64,000 nt of DNA from Candidatus Cloacimonadales bacterium. Lineage in GTDB: Bacteria > Cloacimonadota > Cloacimonadia > Cloacimonadales > JAFGVF01. This document shows, one piece after another, positions 9,953 to 19,350 of this stretch (its first letter is position 1; every line of letters begins with the position of its first letter). The stretch covers positions 1,024,001 through 1,088,000 of the forward strand of contig OY762964.1 of the NCBI GenBank assembly GCA_963667035.1, written 5' to 3'. Made by a program: the position numbers and the translations under genes. The notes under the pieces were generated by a model. It was not told the origin of the DNA, ran no database searches, and worked only from the letters and a program-made list of their open reading frames with translations.

Positions 9953-10291
9953 TTATAGATTTTCCCAGATGATTTCGAGTTGTTCAGGGGGTAATTTAGG
10001 TCCGATAACTTCAGTATTTCTGATATTTATAACGGAACCGAATTGCTTATCTGTGAAGAAAAGAATAGAAACTTTACCTTTTAACGGAGCTTCCTCATCA
10101 AGTTTTTTCACCATTGATTGCATTTTGTCTCTAGAACCGCAGAATCTAAGATATACAGAGAATTGAGACATCTCAAATCCATTATCAAGTAGGAATTTTC
10201 TGAATTTTGAAGCTTTCTTTCTTTCCTGAGCAGTAGTAACGGGTAAGTCAAACAGTACCATCATCCACATAAGTCTGTATCCGCTTAACAT
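9953..10291 (-). CDS. cas2: CRISPR-associated endonuclease Cas2
   Basis: YRLMWMMVLFDLPV, FRKFLLDNGFEMSQFSVY and TDKQF are typical of type II-C Cas2. Confidence 0.96.
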   Translation of the reverse strand: MLSGYRLMWMMVLFDLPVTTAQERKKASKFRKFLLDNGFEMSQFSVYLRFCGSRDKMQSMVKKLDEEAPLKGKVSILFFTDKQFGSVINIRNTEVIGPKLPPEQLEIIWENL

Positions 10292-11169
10292 TGTTCAAAA
10301 TCCGGAAAGAGAAGAAGGTTCTTCTTTTCTCGATAACTTTTTACAAGAGAATCTATAGAGTTTTGTATACAATTATATAAAACCCATCTCTTATTACTCA
10401 TTTCTCCTGTATACTCCATGAATCCTAATAGCTCTTTTTTTGATTGAGGAGTTAACTCGCAGGAGTCATCAATCTCCATCCGCTTAATCAGATAATCAAC
10501 ATAAGGGCGATACGGTTCCATCATATCGTCAGCAAGACACCACGGATCTAGCCTGTTACAATGATGTATTCCAAAGCTTTGATGTAGTCCTGAAGCGGCT
10601 ATAGCTCTTACAACCGTGCTCCTAAGAATAGCATACCCGAAATTCAGAAAAGAATTTATACCCGGTTTATCAAAGTCTCTTCTAAACTCTTTACCAAACA
10701 AATCTTTCCAATATCGTGAAGCCATTTGCCCTTCAACATTGCTTATATCACCCGACTGTACTGTTTTAATACTTTTTGAAAGTACTTTGTCCTCAATTTC
10801 GCAAGCCATTAGAGTAAGATATTGGTTTTTAATTTTCTTCCTTATAATCTCTTGCCACAATCTATCATTGAAAGCTTTACTCGTAGAAATCTGATCATTT
10901 AATCTACCTGAAAGGTCATAGTTTACTTCCGTTCCGGATAGAAAACCGCACGGCATGAAGTTAGAACCGCAAATAACCATTGGTATATTCCTATTACATA
11001 ATTCTACAATCAGGTTATGACTATATCTTATTCCAAATCCTGAGACTATCAGGCACTCAAATGTATCGAATGCCCTTTTAACAATGCATTCACCATCAGT
11101 CTTTCCTATCAAAAATCCTCGCTCTTTTGATATGGAAATATTGTTTCTTGATATTTCAAGATAATTCAT
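10285..11169 (-). CDS. cas1: CRISPR-associated endonuclease Cas1 (type II)
   Basis: NVEGQMASRYW..LFG..FRR, NSFLNFGYAILRS, GIHH, LADDMMEPYRPYVD; lies between cas9 and cas2. Confidence 0.96.
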   Translation of the reverse strand: MNYLEISRNNISISKERGFLIGKTDGECIVKRAFDTFECLIVSGFGIRYSHNLIVELCNRNIPMVICGSNFMPCGFLSGTEVNYDLSGRLNDQISTSKAFNDRLWQEIIRKKIKNQYLTLMACEIEDKVLSKSIKTVQSGDISNVEGQMASRYWKDLFGKEFRRDFDKPGINSFLNFGYAILRSTVVRAIAASGLHQSFGIHHCNRLDPWCLADDMMEPYRPYVDYLIKRMEIDDSCELTPQSKKELLGFMEYTGEMSNKRWVLYNCIQNSIDSLVKSYREKKNLLLFPDFEQC

Positions 11170-11193
11170 TTTCCCTCCATTTCCTACTTAGGT

Positions 11194-14100
11194 TTACTTG
11201 TTTACATATCTGTCCTTTACTCTTCCTGTGATAGTTACTGTTATCTTTCGTGCATTGCACTCTTGTAACTGTTTTGCACTATAACTCTTAAAATAGCACT
11301 TCGCTCCTGCAAATAAATGACTAATCAAGAATACTTGTTCTTTTGATACAAACTTTACTCTAAAGTATTTTATGCCCTCCTCAGTATCCAAAGCAATCAT
11401 ATCATTAATCTGCAACCTCATAATCCTTTTAGCCATAGGATATTTTTGTTTCCAATTTGGTACAAAACCATGCCGGTGAACTGCAAAGAGTGGGATAATT
11501 TCACATTCCCATTTTCCTGCTAATTCCCTTTTAAACTTCTCAGGGAAAGCGTAAATGTCAGCACAGTAGTTACTACCGCTAATGTAATATTTATATACTT
11601 TCCCTTCTTTATCCCTTACTCCGAAAAGTGTAGCTTTCTTTCTCTGCTCTAGAACAACTTTGACTCTCTTAACTCCCGTTTCTTCACTATACTTTAGTAA
11701 TGCATCTTTCATCTCTAAATCAAAATTAGAATTCAAAAACATGAGTATGTCTTCATAAAGGCGTCTGTCTTTTATCTTTTCCAAATCTGCTTTTTTCTTA
11801 AAATCAGTTAAAAGTTTTTTGACAGTAATCCACACCTGACCCTCTTTACTGCTTTTTTGATTCCAATCACCTTCAAATATTGAATATGCTGTTTCATCAT
11901 GTAATGCCCCAATTGCCTTACCTGTTCGAATAGCTCTTTCTGCATTCCCATGGTCAGGGCGATGAGAAACAATAATGTTATCAACAATGCTTTGAGTTCG
12001 CTCTACAAAGTTTTCAAAAGGTTGAGGCATCTTCTCCAAGAATCTGGAATCTCCCGTTCTCTTTATTGCCCTGTGATATTGTTGAATCATTGAACGAGAA
12101 GTTAGTGCAACTACGAGAGCATCAATAGAATGGTGTCTATGGTCTGTTCTTTCTTTTTTCCCTGAATCTGACAGTAGGCTGTTCAATCCCCAGTAATACC
12201 TAAACTTTGCAGTCATTTTACCTGGTATAACCCAAACATCATCGGGACCTGCAACAGAGGTCATATATTCTCTTGCTATTTTGGACATATAACGAGTATC
12301 ATTGAGCATTCTTGCTAAGATTGCACCCTCATCTTCAAATCTTTCCATAGCGTCTTTTGCAAAACGTTTACGTTTGCTATAGCTTTGAATCTCATTAGCT
12401 CTGGCAATTATCTTATCCCATTCATATCCCTTTGGACTACTTCCAAATGCTTCATAGGGGCTACGCTCTCCTTTAATCCTGTTTGCTCCTCTGAGTGAGA
12501 TGGTTTTATTCATGAAGCTATCATCATAAGTTCTTGATTTTGGTAATATATGCTCAATCTCAAAGCGATTTGAGAAAAGCTCATGCTGAGGGATTTGTAC
12601 TCCACTGTATGGACAACACCTTTTTAGAGGATCTTTATTTAAATCCTCCCACAACTTATATCGTAGTCTATTCGTATAATTGTTAGGTATTCCAAGCTTT
12701 TCTAATTCCAGAGCTATTGCTTCATTATGTTTTCTCTCACGAGTTTGTTTTTTGCTAACGTCGTCTTTCTGCTTCTTATTTAGTTTCAAGTCTCTAGCTA
12801 ACTCAAGAACTATCTGTGAAGGAGCTCCTATCTCTAAAGCAAGTTGATTAACAAGCTTACGCAATTGGTTTAAAGCAATATGCACGGTTGGATTAGATAT
12901 TCTACCATAAATCTCTTCATCCAATTGACCATTAGGGTCAGCAAACATTACTTTAGTAGGCATCAGTTTACCATAATAAGGTAAATCTCCATCAACAAAC
13001 ACTTCACCTGTTCCCGGTTTTGAGTGCTTGTATCCTGCTTCGTTGCAAGCATCGCTATATATAAGCCCTTCTCTTAGAGAAGGAAGAATCTTCTTTATAG
13101 CTTTTATAGAGAGATTCCCGGTACCTGCCGGTAGATGTAAATTGGTTACATACTCCGCTTGCTCTTTCGATAAGCTATAATCATTTTGCAACACATTAAC
13201 AAGATTCTTTTCTACTTCAAGGTCATTCTCATCATTAAGTATCAACATCACAATCTCATGTTGTTTCTCAATTGGCAAGCTAAACCATTTCTTACCGAAT
13301 GCCTTCTCATTGCTTAAATCAATAGTAGTGGCATTCCCATTCAGTTCTTTTCGCTTATCATCTTCTAGATTAAAGCTATACATATCATAAATAGCTTTTG
13401 GAAGTATCTTTTTCCTAATTGTCATAAACTTGGCAGTTTTCTGTTTCATTAGCATTTCAATGATAGTGCTTCTTTGCTCTGAAGTTAACAGGGTTTTATT
13501 AAACTCCATATCCACAAGTACAAGATTGTTTACTTCAGAGAGTATTCTAAACTCTTGGAAATATGGACTTGCTTTCATAGCTCTTTCTTCACCTTTTTTG
13601 TATTCGAAGATACAAAGACCTTTTGGTTGAGCTTTAAGCGGTCTCTGATAGAAAATAATGTCTTTTATTTTATCGTGTAATTCCTGAGTCATAGTCGTAT
13701 GGTATTCAGCTTGTTTTTCCCATATCTTATCGAACTCATCTTCAATTAATTCTCTATCGGGAAAAATATCTTTCTCAGTTTCACCCGCATGGAATCTGAG
13801 AGAGCACTTCTTAATGTGTTGGGATTTATTCAATCCGGCATTAAGACTATATAGATATTCGCCGATAGTATCTGCTCTGTAATCTTTAAGTTTATCTTTT
13901 AAATTACTGATAGCTGCCTTGGTAGGTCCTGTTTCTTTATCATTTCTATCAAGTTTGCGATTACTTTTAAACCCTCTTCTTTTACTTAGATGAAAGATAG
14001 CTCTACCTATTTCATGCAGAGTTAATTTATCATGTAAAGCCTTTGTTCTTAACTCATAGGGATCAAGTTTAATTAGTTCTTGTATTTCAGATTCATTATT

Positions 14101-14358
14101 AGACATCAACCCATTTTTCTTTAGAGTTTTAAGAAGCTCTTCTCTTCGCATAAGATATCTGTCATGATTTCTCCGCATAGAACGTTTCACTCGTCTTGTA
14201 ACAGCTAAAGGCTCTTTACTTTTATTATCTCTACCATCATCAAATATCCTCACACCCATCCTAAGAATATCTATTGGTTCCTTATCCTCATTAAGCTCTA
14301 AAGCACACCAGCCTAAAGAAGTAGACCCCATATCAATTCCAAGTCTATACTTTTTCAT
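11194..14358 (-). CDS. cas9: Type II-C Cas9 (about 1054 aa)
   Basis: RuvC-I LGIDMGSTSLGW, Arg-rich bridge helix, RuvC-II IVLELAR, HNH EIEHILPKS...N...N, RuvC-III RHHSIDA. ATG at 14358 is 8 nt from GGAGGT. No csn2 or cas4 in the locus. Confidence 0.97.
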   Translation of the reverse strand: MKKYRLGIDMGSTSLGWCALELNEDKEPIDILRMGVRIFDDGRDNKSKEPLAVTRRVKRSMRRNHDRYLMRREELLKTLKKNGLMSNNESEIQELIKLDPYELRTKALHDKLTLHEIGRAIFHLSKRRGFKSNRKLDRNDKETGPTKAAISNLKDKLKDYRADTIGEYLYSLNAGLNKSQHIKKCSLRFHAGETEKDIFPDRELIEDEFDKIWEKQAEYHTTMTQELHDKIKDIIFYQRPLKAQPKGLCIFEYKKGEERAMKASPYFQEFRILSEVNNLVLVDMEFNKTLLTSEQRSTIIEMLMKQKTAKFMTIRKKILPKAIYDMYSFNLEDDKRKELNGNATTIDLSNEKAFGKKWFSLPIEKQHEIVMLILNDENDLEVEKNLVNVLQNDYSLSKEQAEYVTNLHLPAGTGNLSIKAIKKILPSLREGLIYSDACNEAGYKHSKPGTGEVFVDGDLPYYGKLMPTKVMFADPNGQLDEEIYGRISNPTVHIALNQLRKLVNQLALEIGAPSQIVLELARDLKLNKKQKDDVSKKQTRERKHNEAIALELEKLGIPNNYTNRLRYKLWEDLNKDPLKRCCPYSGVQIPQHELFSNRFEIEHILPKSRTYDDSFMNKTISLRGANRIKGERSPYEAFGSSPKGYEWDKIIARANEIQSYSKRKRFAKDAMERFEDEGAILARMLNDTRYMSKIAREYMTSVAGPDDVWVIPGKMTAKFRYYWGLNSLLSDSGKKERTDHRHHSIDALVVALTSRSMIQQYHRAIKRTGDSRFLEKMPQPFENFVERTQSIVDNIIVSHRPDHGNAERAIRTGKAIGALHDETAYSIFEGDWNQKSSKEGQVWITVKKLLTDFKKKADLEKIKDRRLYEDILMFLNSNFDLEMKDALLKYSEETGVKRVKVVLEQRKKATLFGVRDKEGKVYKYYISGSNYCADIYAFPEKFKRELAGKWECEIIPLFAVHRHGFVPNWKQKYPMAKRIMRLQINDMIALDTEEGIKYFRVKFVSKEQVFLISHLFAGAKCYFKSYSAKQLQECNARKITVTITGRVKDRYVNK

Positions 14359-14466
14359 TGACACATACCTCCGGTCATTTATAAATTGTTATGTTTTATT
14401 TGATAATCTTTTCATACAATGTCAAGTGATATGATGAAAAGGTTTTGTGTATAAAATCTTATTTGT

Positions 14467-14557
14467 ACTAAACACTTATAGGTTTTGGTGTCAAGCTGTT
14501 AATAAGGTTTTTTAACCACAAGATTAGGACACAGACTACGGTCTGTGTCCCTTTTTT
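14467..14557 (+). ncRNA. tracrRNA
   Basis: ACTAAACACTTATAGGTTTTGGTGTCAAGCTGT matches the repeat reverse complement at 31/33. It is followed by TAATAAGG, a small nexus-like hairpin (GGTT-tttt-AACC), then GGACACAGAC-tacg-GTCTGTGTCC and a T run. The 5' end is approximate. Confidence 0.9.
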
Positions 14558-14584
14558 ATATTAGCTCTACTTTAATGTATAAAG

Positions 14585-14614
14585 AAAAAGCCCCGACTCT
14601 TATGTGTCGGGGCT
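14585..14614 (-). terminator. Rho-independent terminator of the ABC transporter operon
   Basis: AGCCCCGAC...GTCGGGGCT stem with an A run on the left (U run on the minus strand). Confidence 0.75.
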
Positions 14615-14632
14615 AAAGTAATATTCTGTATC

Positions 14633-16654
14633 TTATTCAATCACTTCTTGTTGATTTACAGTCGGGTTCATCTTAACAAATAGATAGATGACACCTGCAA
14701 CAATAGCAAAAGCAATAGGTATTAAGTAGTTATTGATTTCTCCATTCTCACCAACCAGAATCTGCAAAGCAGGGATTTGGTCTGCTCTTGTGAATAAAAC
14801 TGCGATACTATTATTCAAAGCATGAGCAAGTATGGGAATAAAAATACTCTTGGTTTTATAGAGTAGGAATCCCATATATATACCTAAAAGGAAAGTCGAC
14901 AGCAATCTGAACGGGTCAAGATGATAGATTGCGAACAATAGGGCGGATATAATAATAGGAATCCAGGTTTTACCGTTCTCAAAGAAGCGAGTAATGAATC
15001 CTCGGAACATTAACTCTTCACACACACCGGGTAATAATCCTATCACAACTATAGCGTGTAATAGTGATGTATCTTCCATTGAAATCAATCCGGCTAGTTT
15101 CTCCAGATACTCGGGAGGAATAGGGTAAATAAGATTAACCAGTGATGCTAATGAAGAAGCGGCAATAGCTAATGGTAATGCACCAAGTATAACAAGTCCG
15201 AAGTTAACCGGTTTCGTCATTTTTTGTCTGAATATTTCTTTCTTATCCAGCTTAAGTAGTCTTGTTATAACAAACGGTGGAAGCAAAATAATGAATATTT
15301 GAGTTCTCATTAATCCTGAAATTGCATCCTTTGATTGCCAGTAACTTCCAAGATAATAGAAAGCAAGCAGGGCAATCGTGAAATATACAATACCGAACAT
15401 TGGATTAAAGAAGTTCTTCTTATCCTTCTTCACGTTCTTAAGGTTTGTCTCTTCCTCTGTTCTAAAAAGGATTCCTTCAGAATTGAATAACTTCACTGTA
15501 ATGAATATGGCTATAACATCCAGAACTAATATCGAACCTACAGTAACAAGGAAATGAGAGATAATGAAATCACCCATTAGTATTTCCCTCATTAAAAGAG
15601 CAACATTAACAATAGGTATTAAAGCAATTCCTATATTAAGGTCGATACCGGGGAACATTGTTACCATACCTGCAAACATAGCCATCATCATCAAAGGCGA
15701 TTCATAGCTCTTTGCTTCCTTAATGTTTCTTGCAAATGTGGATATTGAAAGCAATAATGCCGAGAATAGCGTAATCAAAGGCAACAAAGCAATTAAGATA
15801 TAAACGAAATTTATAAGCGGCATGTTTATCGCACCGCTTTGCAGTCCTGAATTAGACAGTAAGTATTTCATGGAAATAGATAAACTGAATAAATTCACGA
15901 CCACATTTAATGCCGACATAGCCATAATAGTCAGATATTTAGCTAATACAATCTCATTACGCTTTGCTGCACTAATCAGAAGCGTTTCTAATGTCTTACG
16001 CTCCTTCTCTCCGGCTATCAAGTCAGTAGCAACAACAGCACCGCCACTAACAATGAACATCATGAGAATGTAAGGAAGAAAACTTCCTGCATATTTACCG
16101 TATACTCTGGTTGTACTTGCAGTTGATTTACTATTTGTGATGATAAGATTAAGATACTCGTCTCCAATGCCAATTTTTGCAAGTCTATCTGTTGTAATTT
16201 TCTTCTCGGCGACCTTCAAAGCATCACCTATCTTACCGAATCCCATTTCACTGCTGTCTTTAGTGTTGTCATATTTAATATCGGTAATAAAGACATAAGT
16301 ATTAGTAGCAGTCAAACTGTCTCTGATAGTAATTGTTGCATCCGGTTTAGCATCATCAGGGAACTCATAATCAGCACTCATTGTTGAAATGTTCAACGCT
16401 TCCTGCTTTTTCAGCTCCTCCAGGATTATGTCCAGGTCAGCTTGGTTCTCGGGGTTTATATCCCAAACAACATTAACATTAGCCCCTTTCTTTTCCAACT
16501 TACCGGCTTGCACCATCATAATAGAGCTGAAACCGATAAATATAATAGGGTAGAGAATCATTGGAAACAGAATAACAGTGAACATTGTTCTCTTATCACG
16601 AATCACTTCCAGAATCTCTTTTTTAAAGATTGCTCTAACTTTTTTAAAATTCAT
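14633..16654 (-). CDS. ABC-2 permease (NatB-like) fused to a CPBP/CAAX intramembrane metalloprotease
   Basis: IFKKEILEVIRDKRT and AGEKERKTLETLL (NatB-like); C-terminal EELMFRG, FAIYH and HALNN (CPBP). Confidence 0.9.
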   Translation of the reverse strand: MNFKKVRAIFKKEILEVIRDKRTMFTVILFPMILYPIIFIGFSSIMMVQAGKLEKKGANVNVVWDINPENQADLDIILEELKKQEALNISTMSADYEFPDDAKPDATITIRDSLTATNTYVFITDIKYDNTKDSSEMGFGKIGDALKVAEKKITTDRLAKIGIGDEYLNLIITNSKSTASTTRVYGKYAGSFLPYILMMFIVSGGAVVATDLIAGEKERKTLETLLISAAKRNEIVLAKYLTIMAMSALNVVVNLFSLSISMKYLLSNSGLQSGAINMPLINFVYILIALLPLITLFSALLLSISTFARNIKEAKSYESPLMMMAMFAGMVTMFPGIDLNIGIALIPIVNVALLMREILMGDFIISHFLVTVGSILVLDVIAIFITVKLFNSEGILFRTEEETNLKNVKKDKKNFFNPMFGIVYFTIALLAFYYLGSYWQSKDAISGLMRTQIFIILLPPFVITRLLKLDKKEIFRQKMTKPVNFGLVILGALPLAIAASSLASLVNLIYPIPPEYLEKLAGLISMEDTSLLHAIVVIGLLPGVCEELMFRGFITRFFENGKTWIPIIISALLFAIYHLDPFRLLSTFLLGIYMGFLLYKTKSIFIPILAHALNNSIAVLFTRADQIPALQILVGENGEINNYLIPIAFAIVAGVIYLFVKMNPTVNQQEVIE

Positions 16655-17408
16655 GTTGTTCTATTTCCTCTTCCTCGACTTGGTTAACAAAATGTACGAA
16701 TATATCATCAAGATATGTTTTAGAACTAACATCTTGTAACTCTTCGAGTGTACCTTCTGCCAGTTTCTTACCTTTATGAATCATTACTATTCTGTCGGCA
16801 AGTCTCTCTGCTTCTCTCATAATATGAGTTGAGAAAAGAACACACTTTCCTTGTTCTTGAGATCTTCTCATAAACGATACTATGTTTCTTGCCGTAAGAA
16901 TATCCAAACCGGAAGTCGGTTCATCAAAAATCATTACGGGAGGGTCGTGTATAATTGAACGAACAATAGAGACTTTTTGTTTCATACCGGTTGATAAGAA
17001 CTCTATCTTTTTATCGAGAAAAGATTCCATATCAAGCATTTTTGCCATCTCGTCAATTCGTCTGTTTGCGGTTTCGGTGGGTACATCATATAATGCAGCG
17101 AAATAATTCAAGAATTCTCTTACTCTCAATCTATTGTATAGCCCAGTGTCACCGGAAAGGAATCCCAGATTCTCACGAACATTCTGACCATTTGTTAAGA
17201 TGTCGTATCCTTGAATTTTTGCCGTTCCTGATGTTGGTTGCAAAACAGTGGATAATACTCTCATGGTAGTAGTCTTGCCGGCACCGTTTACCCCCAAAAG
17301 GCATACCGTCTCACCGTCTTTGGCATTAAAGCTCAAAGAATCTACTGCTTTTTGAATATCACCATTCTTTTGCTTAAACTCTTTTGTCAGATTAATAACT
17401 TCTATCAA
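16644..17408 (-). CDS. ABC transporter ATP-binding protein (NatA-like)
   Basis: GVNGAGKTT, LSTGMKQK, IFDEPTSGLD, STH; TTG start preceded by AGGAG. Confidence 0.93.
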   Translation of the reverse strand: MIEVINLTKEFKQKNGDIQKAVDSLSFNAKDGETVCLLGVNGAGKTTTMRVLSTVLQPTSGTAKIQGYDILTNGQNVRENLGFLSGDTGLYNRLRVREFLNYFAALYDVPTETANRRIDEMAKMLDMESFLDKKIEFLSTGMKQKVSIVRSIIHDPPVMIFDEPTSGLDILTARNIVSFMRRSQEQGKCVLFSTHIMREAERLADRIVMIHKGKKLAEGTLEELQDVSSKTYLDDIFVHFVNQVEEEEIEQHEF

Positions 17409-17420
17409 AGTAACGACTCC

Positions 17421-18482
17421 TTAGAATTTGAAAGGATAGAGGTCAAATTTCTCATCTATTCTTTTAATGAATTCAGCGGTCAATCTAGCAGTGTTCTCTA
17501 AGTCCTTAAGACTTACTACTTCATTTGGACTGTGCATGTAACGATTAGGTATACTTATCAGAGCTGACGGGACACCATTTTTGTTAGAGAAAATAGAATC
17601 GAGGTCAGTACCGGTTATCATTGTAGAAATTTCGTATTGAACAGGGATTTTGCATTCGTTAGCAGTTTCTTTTAATAATGCTAACGCTTTATCATTGATA
17701 TTTGCTCCTAAGCATAAAACCGGACCGTCACCTAAGGCTATGTCTCCATATACCTTTTTATCAACACCCGGATGGTCGGAAGTAAAAGTAACATCAAATA
17801 CGATTGCTAAATCAGGGTCTATTTTGTGTGAACTTGTCTTTGCACCAAATCCGCCAATCTCTTCTTTAACCGAAGCAACGCTATATACATCAGCATAAGT
17901 TTTATCTTCTGCTAGAAGTTCTTGAACCACACCGGCAACAAAAACACCTGCCTTATTATCCGTAGCCTTTGTTGCTACAAGGTCTCCGTGTAATACTTCA
18001 TAGTCGGCATTATATGTTACTATATCACCAATAGCCACTCTTTTTAAAGCATCTTTCTTATCTTTTGCACCAATATCGAACCAAATGTCATTGAGTTTGA
18101 TTTTGCCTTCATCACCTTGTATCATGTGGGCTGCTTTACGTCCTGCGATTGCTCTGACAATTTTACCTTCATGATGAATATTCATTCTCAATGCAGGAAG
18201 AATAGAGGCGTCTATACCACCGATTCGCTTGCAATAGATATAACCGTCTTCAGTTATATGACTAACCATTAATCCTATTTCATCTGCATGTCCTACAAGC
18301 ATAACCGAGAATTTGCCTTTACCTTTCTTGTGGGCAATAACGTTACCATTAACATCTACTTCTACATTGTCCGCAAACTGTTTTACGAAATCATAGTAAA
18401 CTTTCTGAGCCGGTTTCTCATAACCGGAAGGACTATATGATGTAACAAGATTCTTAAAGAATGTTTTGTGTTGTGTTTTCAT
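17421..18482 (-). CDS. M42 family aminopeptidase
   Basis: GHADEIG, DNKAG, KEEIG, DVT, GTD and RYMHSPNE motifs; ATG at 18482 follows GGAG. Confidence 0.9.
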   Translation of the reverse strand: MKTQHKTFFKNLVTSYSPSGYEKPAQKVYYDFVKQFADNVEVDVNGNVIAHKKGKGKFSVMLVGHADEIGLMVSHITEDGYIYCKRIGGIDASILPALRMNIHHEGKIVRAIAGRKAAHMIQGDEGKIKLNDIWFDIGAKDKKDALKRVAIGDIVTYNADYEVLHGDLVATKATDNKAGVFVAGVVQELLAEDKTYADVYSVASVKEEIGGFGAKTSSHKIDPDLAIVFDVTFTSDHPGVDKKVYGDIALGDGPVLCLGANINDKALALLKETANECKIPVQYEISTMITGTDLDSIFSNKNGVPSALISIPNRYMHSPNEVVSLKDLENTARLTAEFIKRIDEKFDLYPFKF

Positions 18483-18567
18483 TTTTATCTCCAAATTGTG
18501 TATTTAAATGCCTTTTTCAAACATTTTAAGAGTATTAATTATGCTCAAAACTTTTGAAACTAATGAA

Positions 18568-18599
18568 ATAGGGAGGTAACAGTAACGAAACCTCCCTAT
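18568..18599 (-). terminator. Hairpin downstream of the cupin gene
   Basis: ATAGGGAGGT...ACCTCCCTAT 10-bp stem. Confidence 0.55.
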
Positions 18600-18604
18600 A
18601 TTAT

Positions 18605-19006
18605 TTAACAGTTATTTGCAACTCCGGCTGCAAATGGGTTCTTAACTTTCTTCTTAGGTGCTTCCTGTTCAGGATGAGGAATTATGCAGAGGAAACGCAT
18701 CATGGAATCACCAACATTCTTAAACTGATGATTCATATTCGGGTCAACATATATGCAGTCCCATTGTCCGAATTTTTGGTTTCCACGGTCAGTTATGAAT
18801 TCACCTTCTCCTTCAAGCACAAAAACTTCATGCTCCCAAGCATGTTTATGGAATGGTGTATTCCCACCTGCTTCTATCTCAAACATTCTGAGAGCAAAGT
18901 TGGGAGCTCCGTCTTTTTGCCCTATCATCCAACGAATCTTTGCATTAACTGCACCTTCAACATTGACATCTTCAAGTTCTATGTCTTTATAATTAGCTAT
19001 TTTCAT
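18605..19006 (-). CDS. Cupin domain protein
   Basis: PFHKHAWEHEVFVLEG and HQFKN metal-binding cupin motifs; GGAGG RBS. Confidence 0.9.
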   Translation of the reverse strand: MKIANYKDIELEDVNVEGAVNAKIRWMIGQKDGAPNFALRMFEIEAGGNTPFHKHAWEHEVFVLEGEGEFITDRGNQKFGQWDCIYVDPNMNHQFKNVGDSMMRFLCIIPHPEQEAPKKKVKNPFAAGVANNC

Positions 19007-19164
19007 TGTTCCTCCGTTGAAATATTTTTATGTCATTTACGCTTTGAGATAGATTAAGTCAATTAAAATCATCAGCAAATCTTCTTTGCATTGCTTTGTT
19101 AAAGAATACTATTAATTTTTACAAATCAGTTTGCAACAATTCACACTTTTTTGAACTGTTATTC

Positions 19165-19207
19165 TGCCGACTTCGTCGTCACAGCAACTCAGGGGAGTTG
19201 CTGTACA
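19165..19207. repeat. Dispersed REP-like palindromic repeat, copy 1
   Basis: TGCCGACTTCGTCGTCACAGCAACTCAGGGGAGTTGCTGTACA; 42/43 identical to 49367-49409. Confidence 0.85.
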
Positions 19208-19350
19208 TATAGACGACATCGTCTTCGTCGATGTTGAACTAACGCAGTCAATTCACTGCTAAATCCTTTACTTATCATGACATGGGTTTTAACCCATGGT
19301 ACCGGGTACGCGAGCTTCCAGCTCGCATTAGGATATGCCTGCAGGATGCC

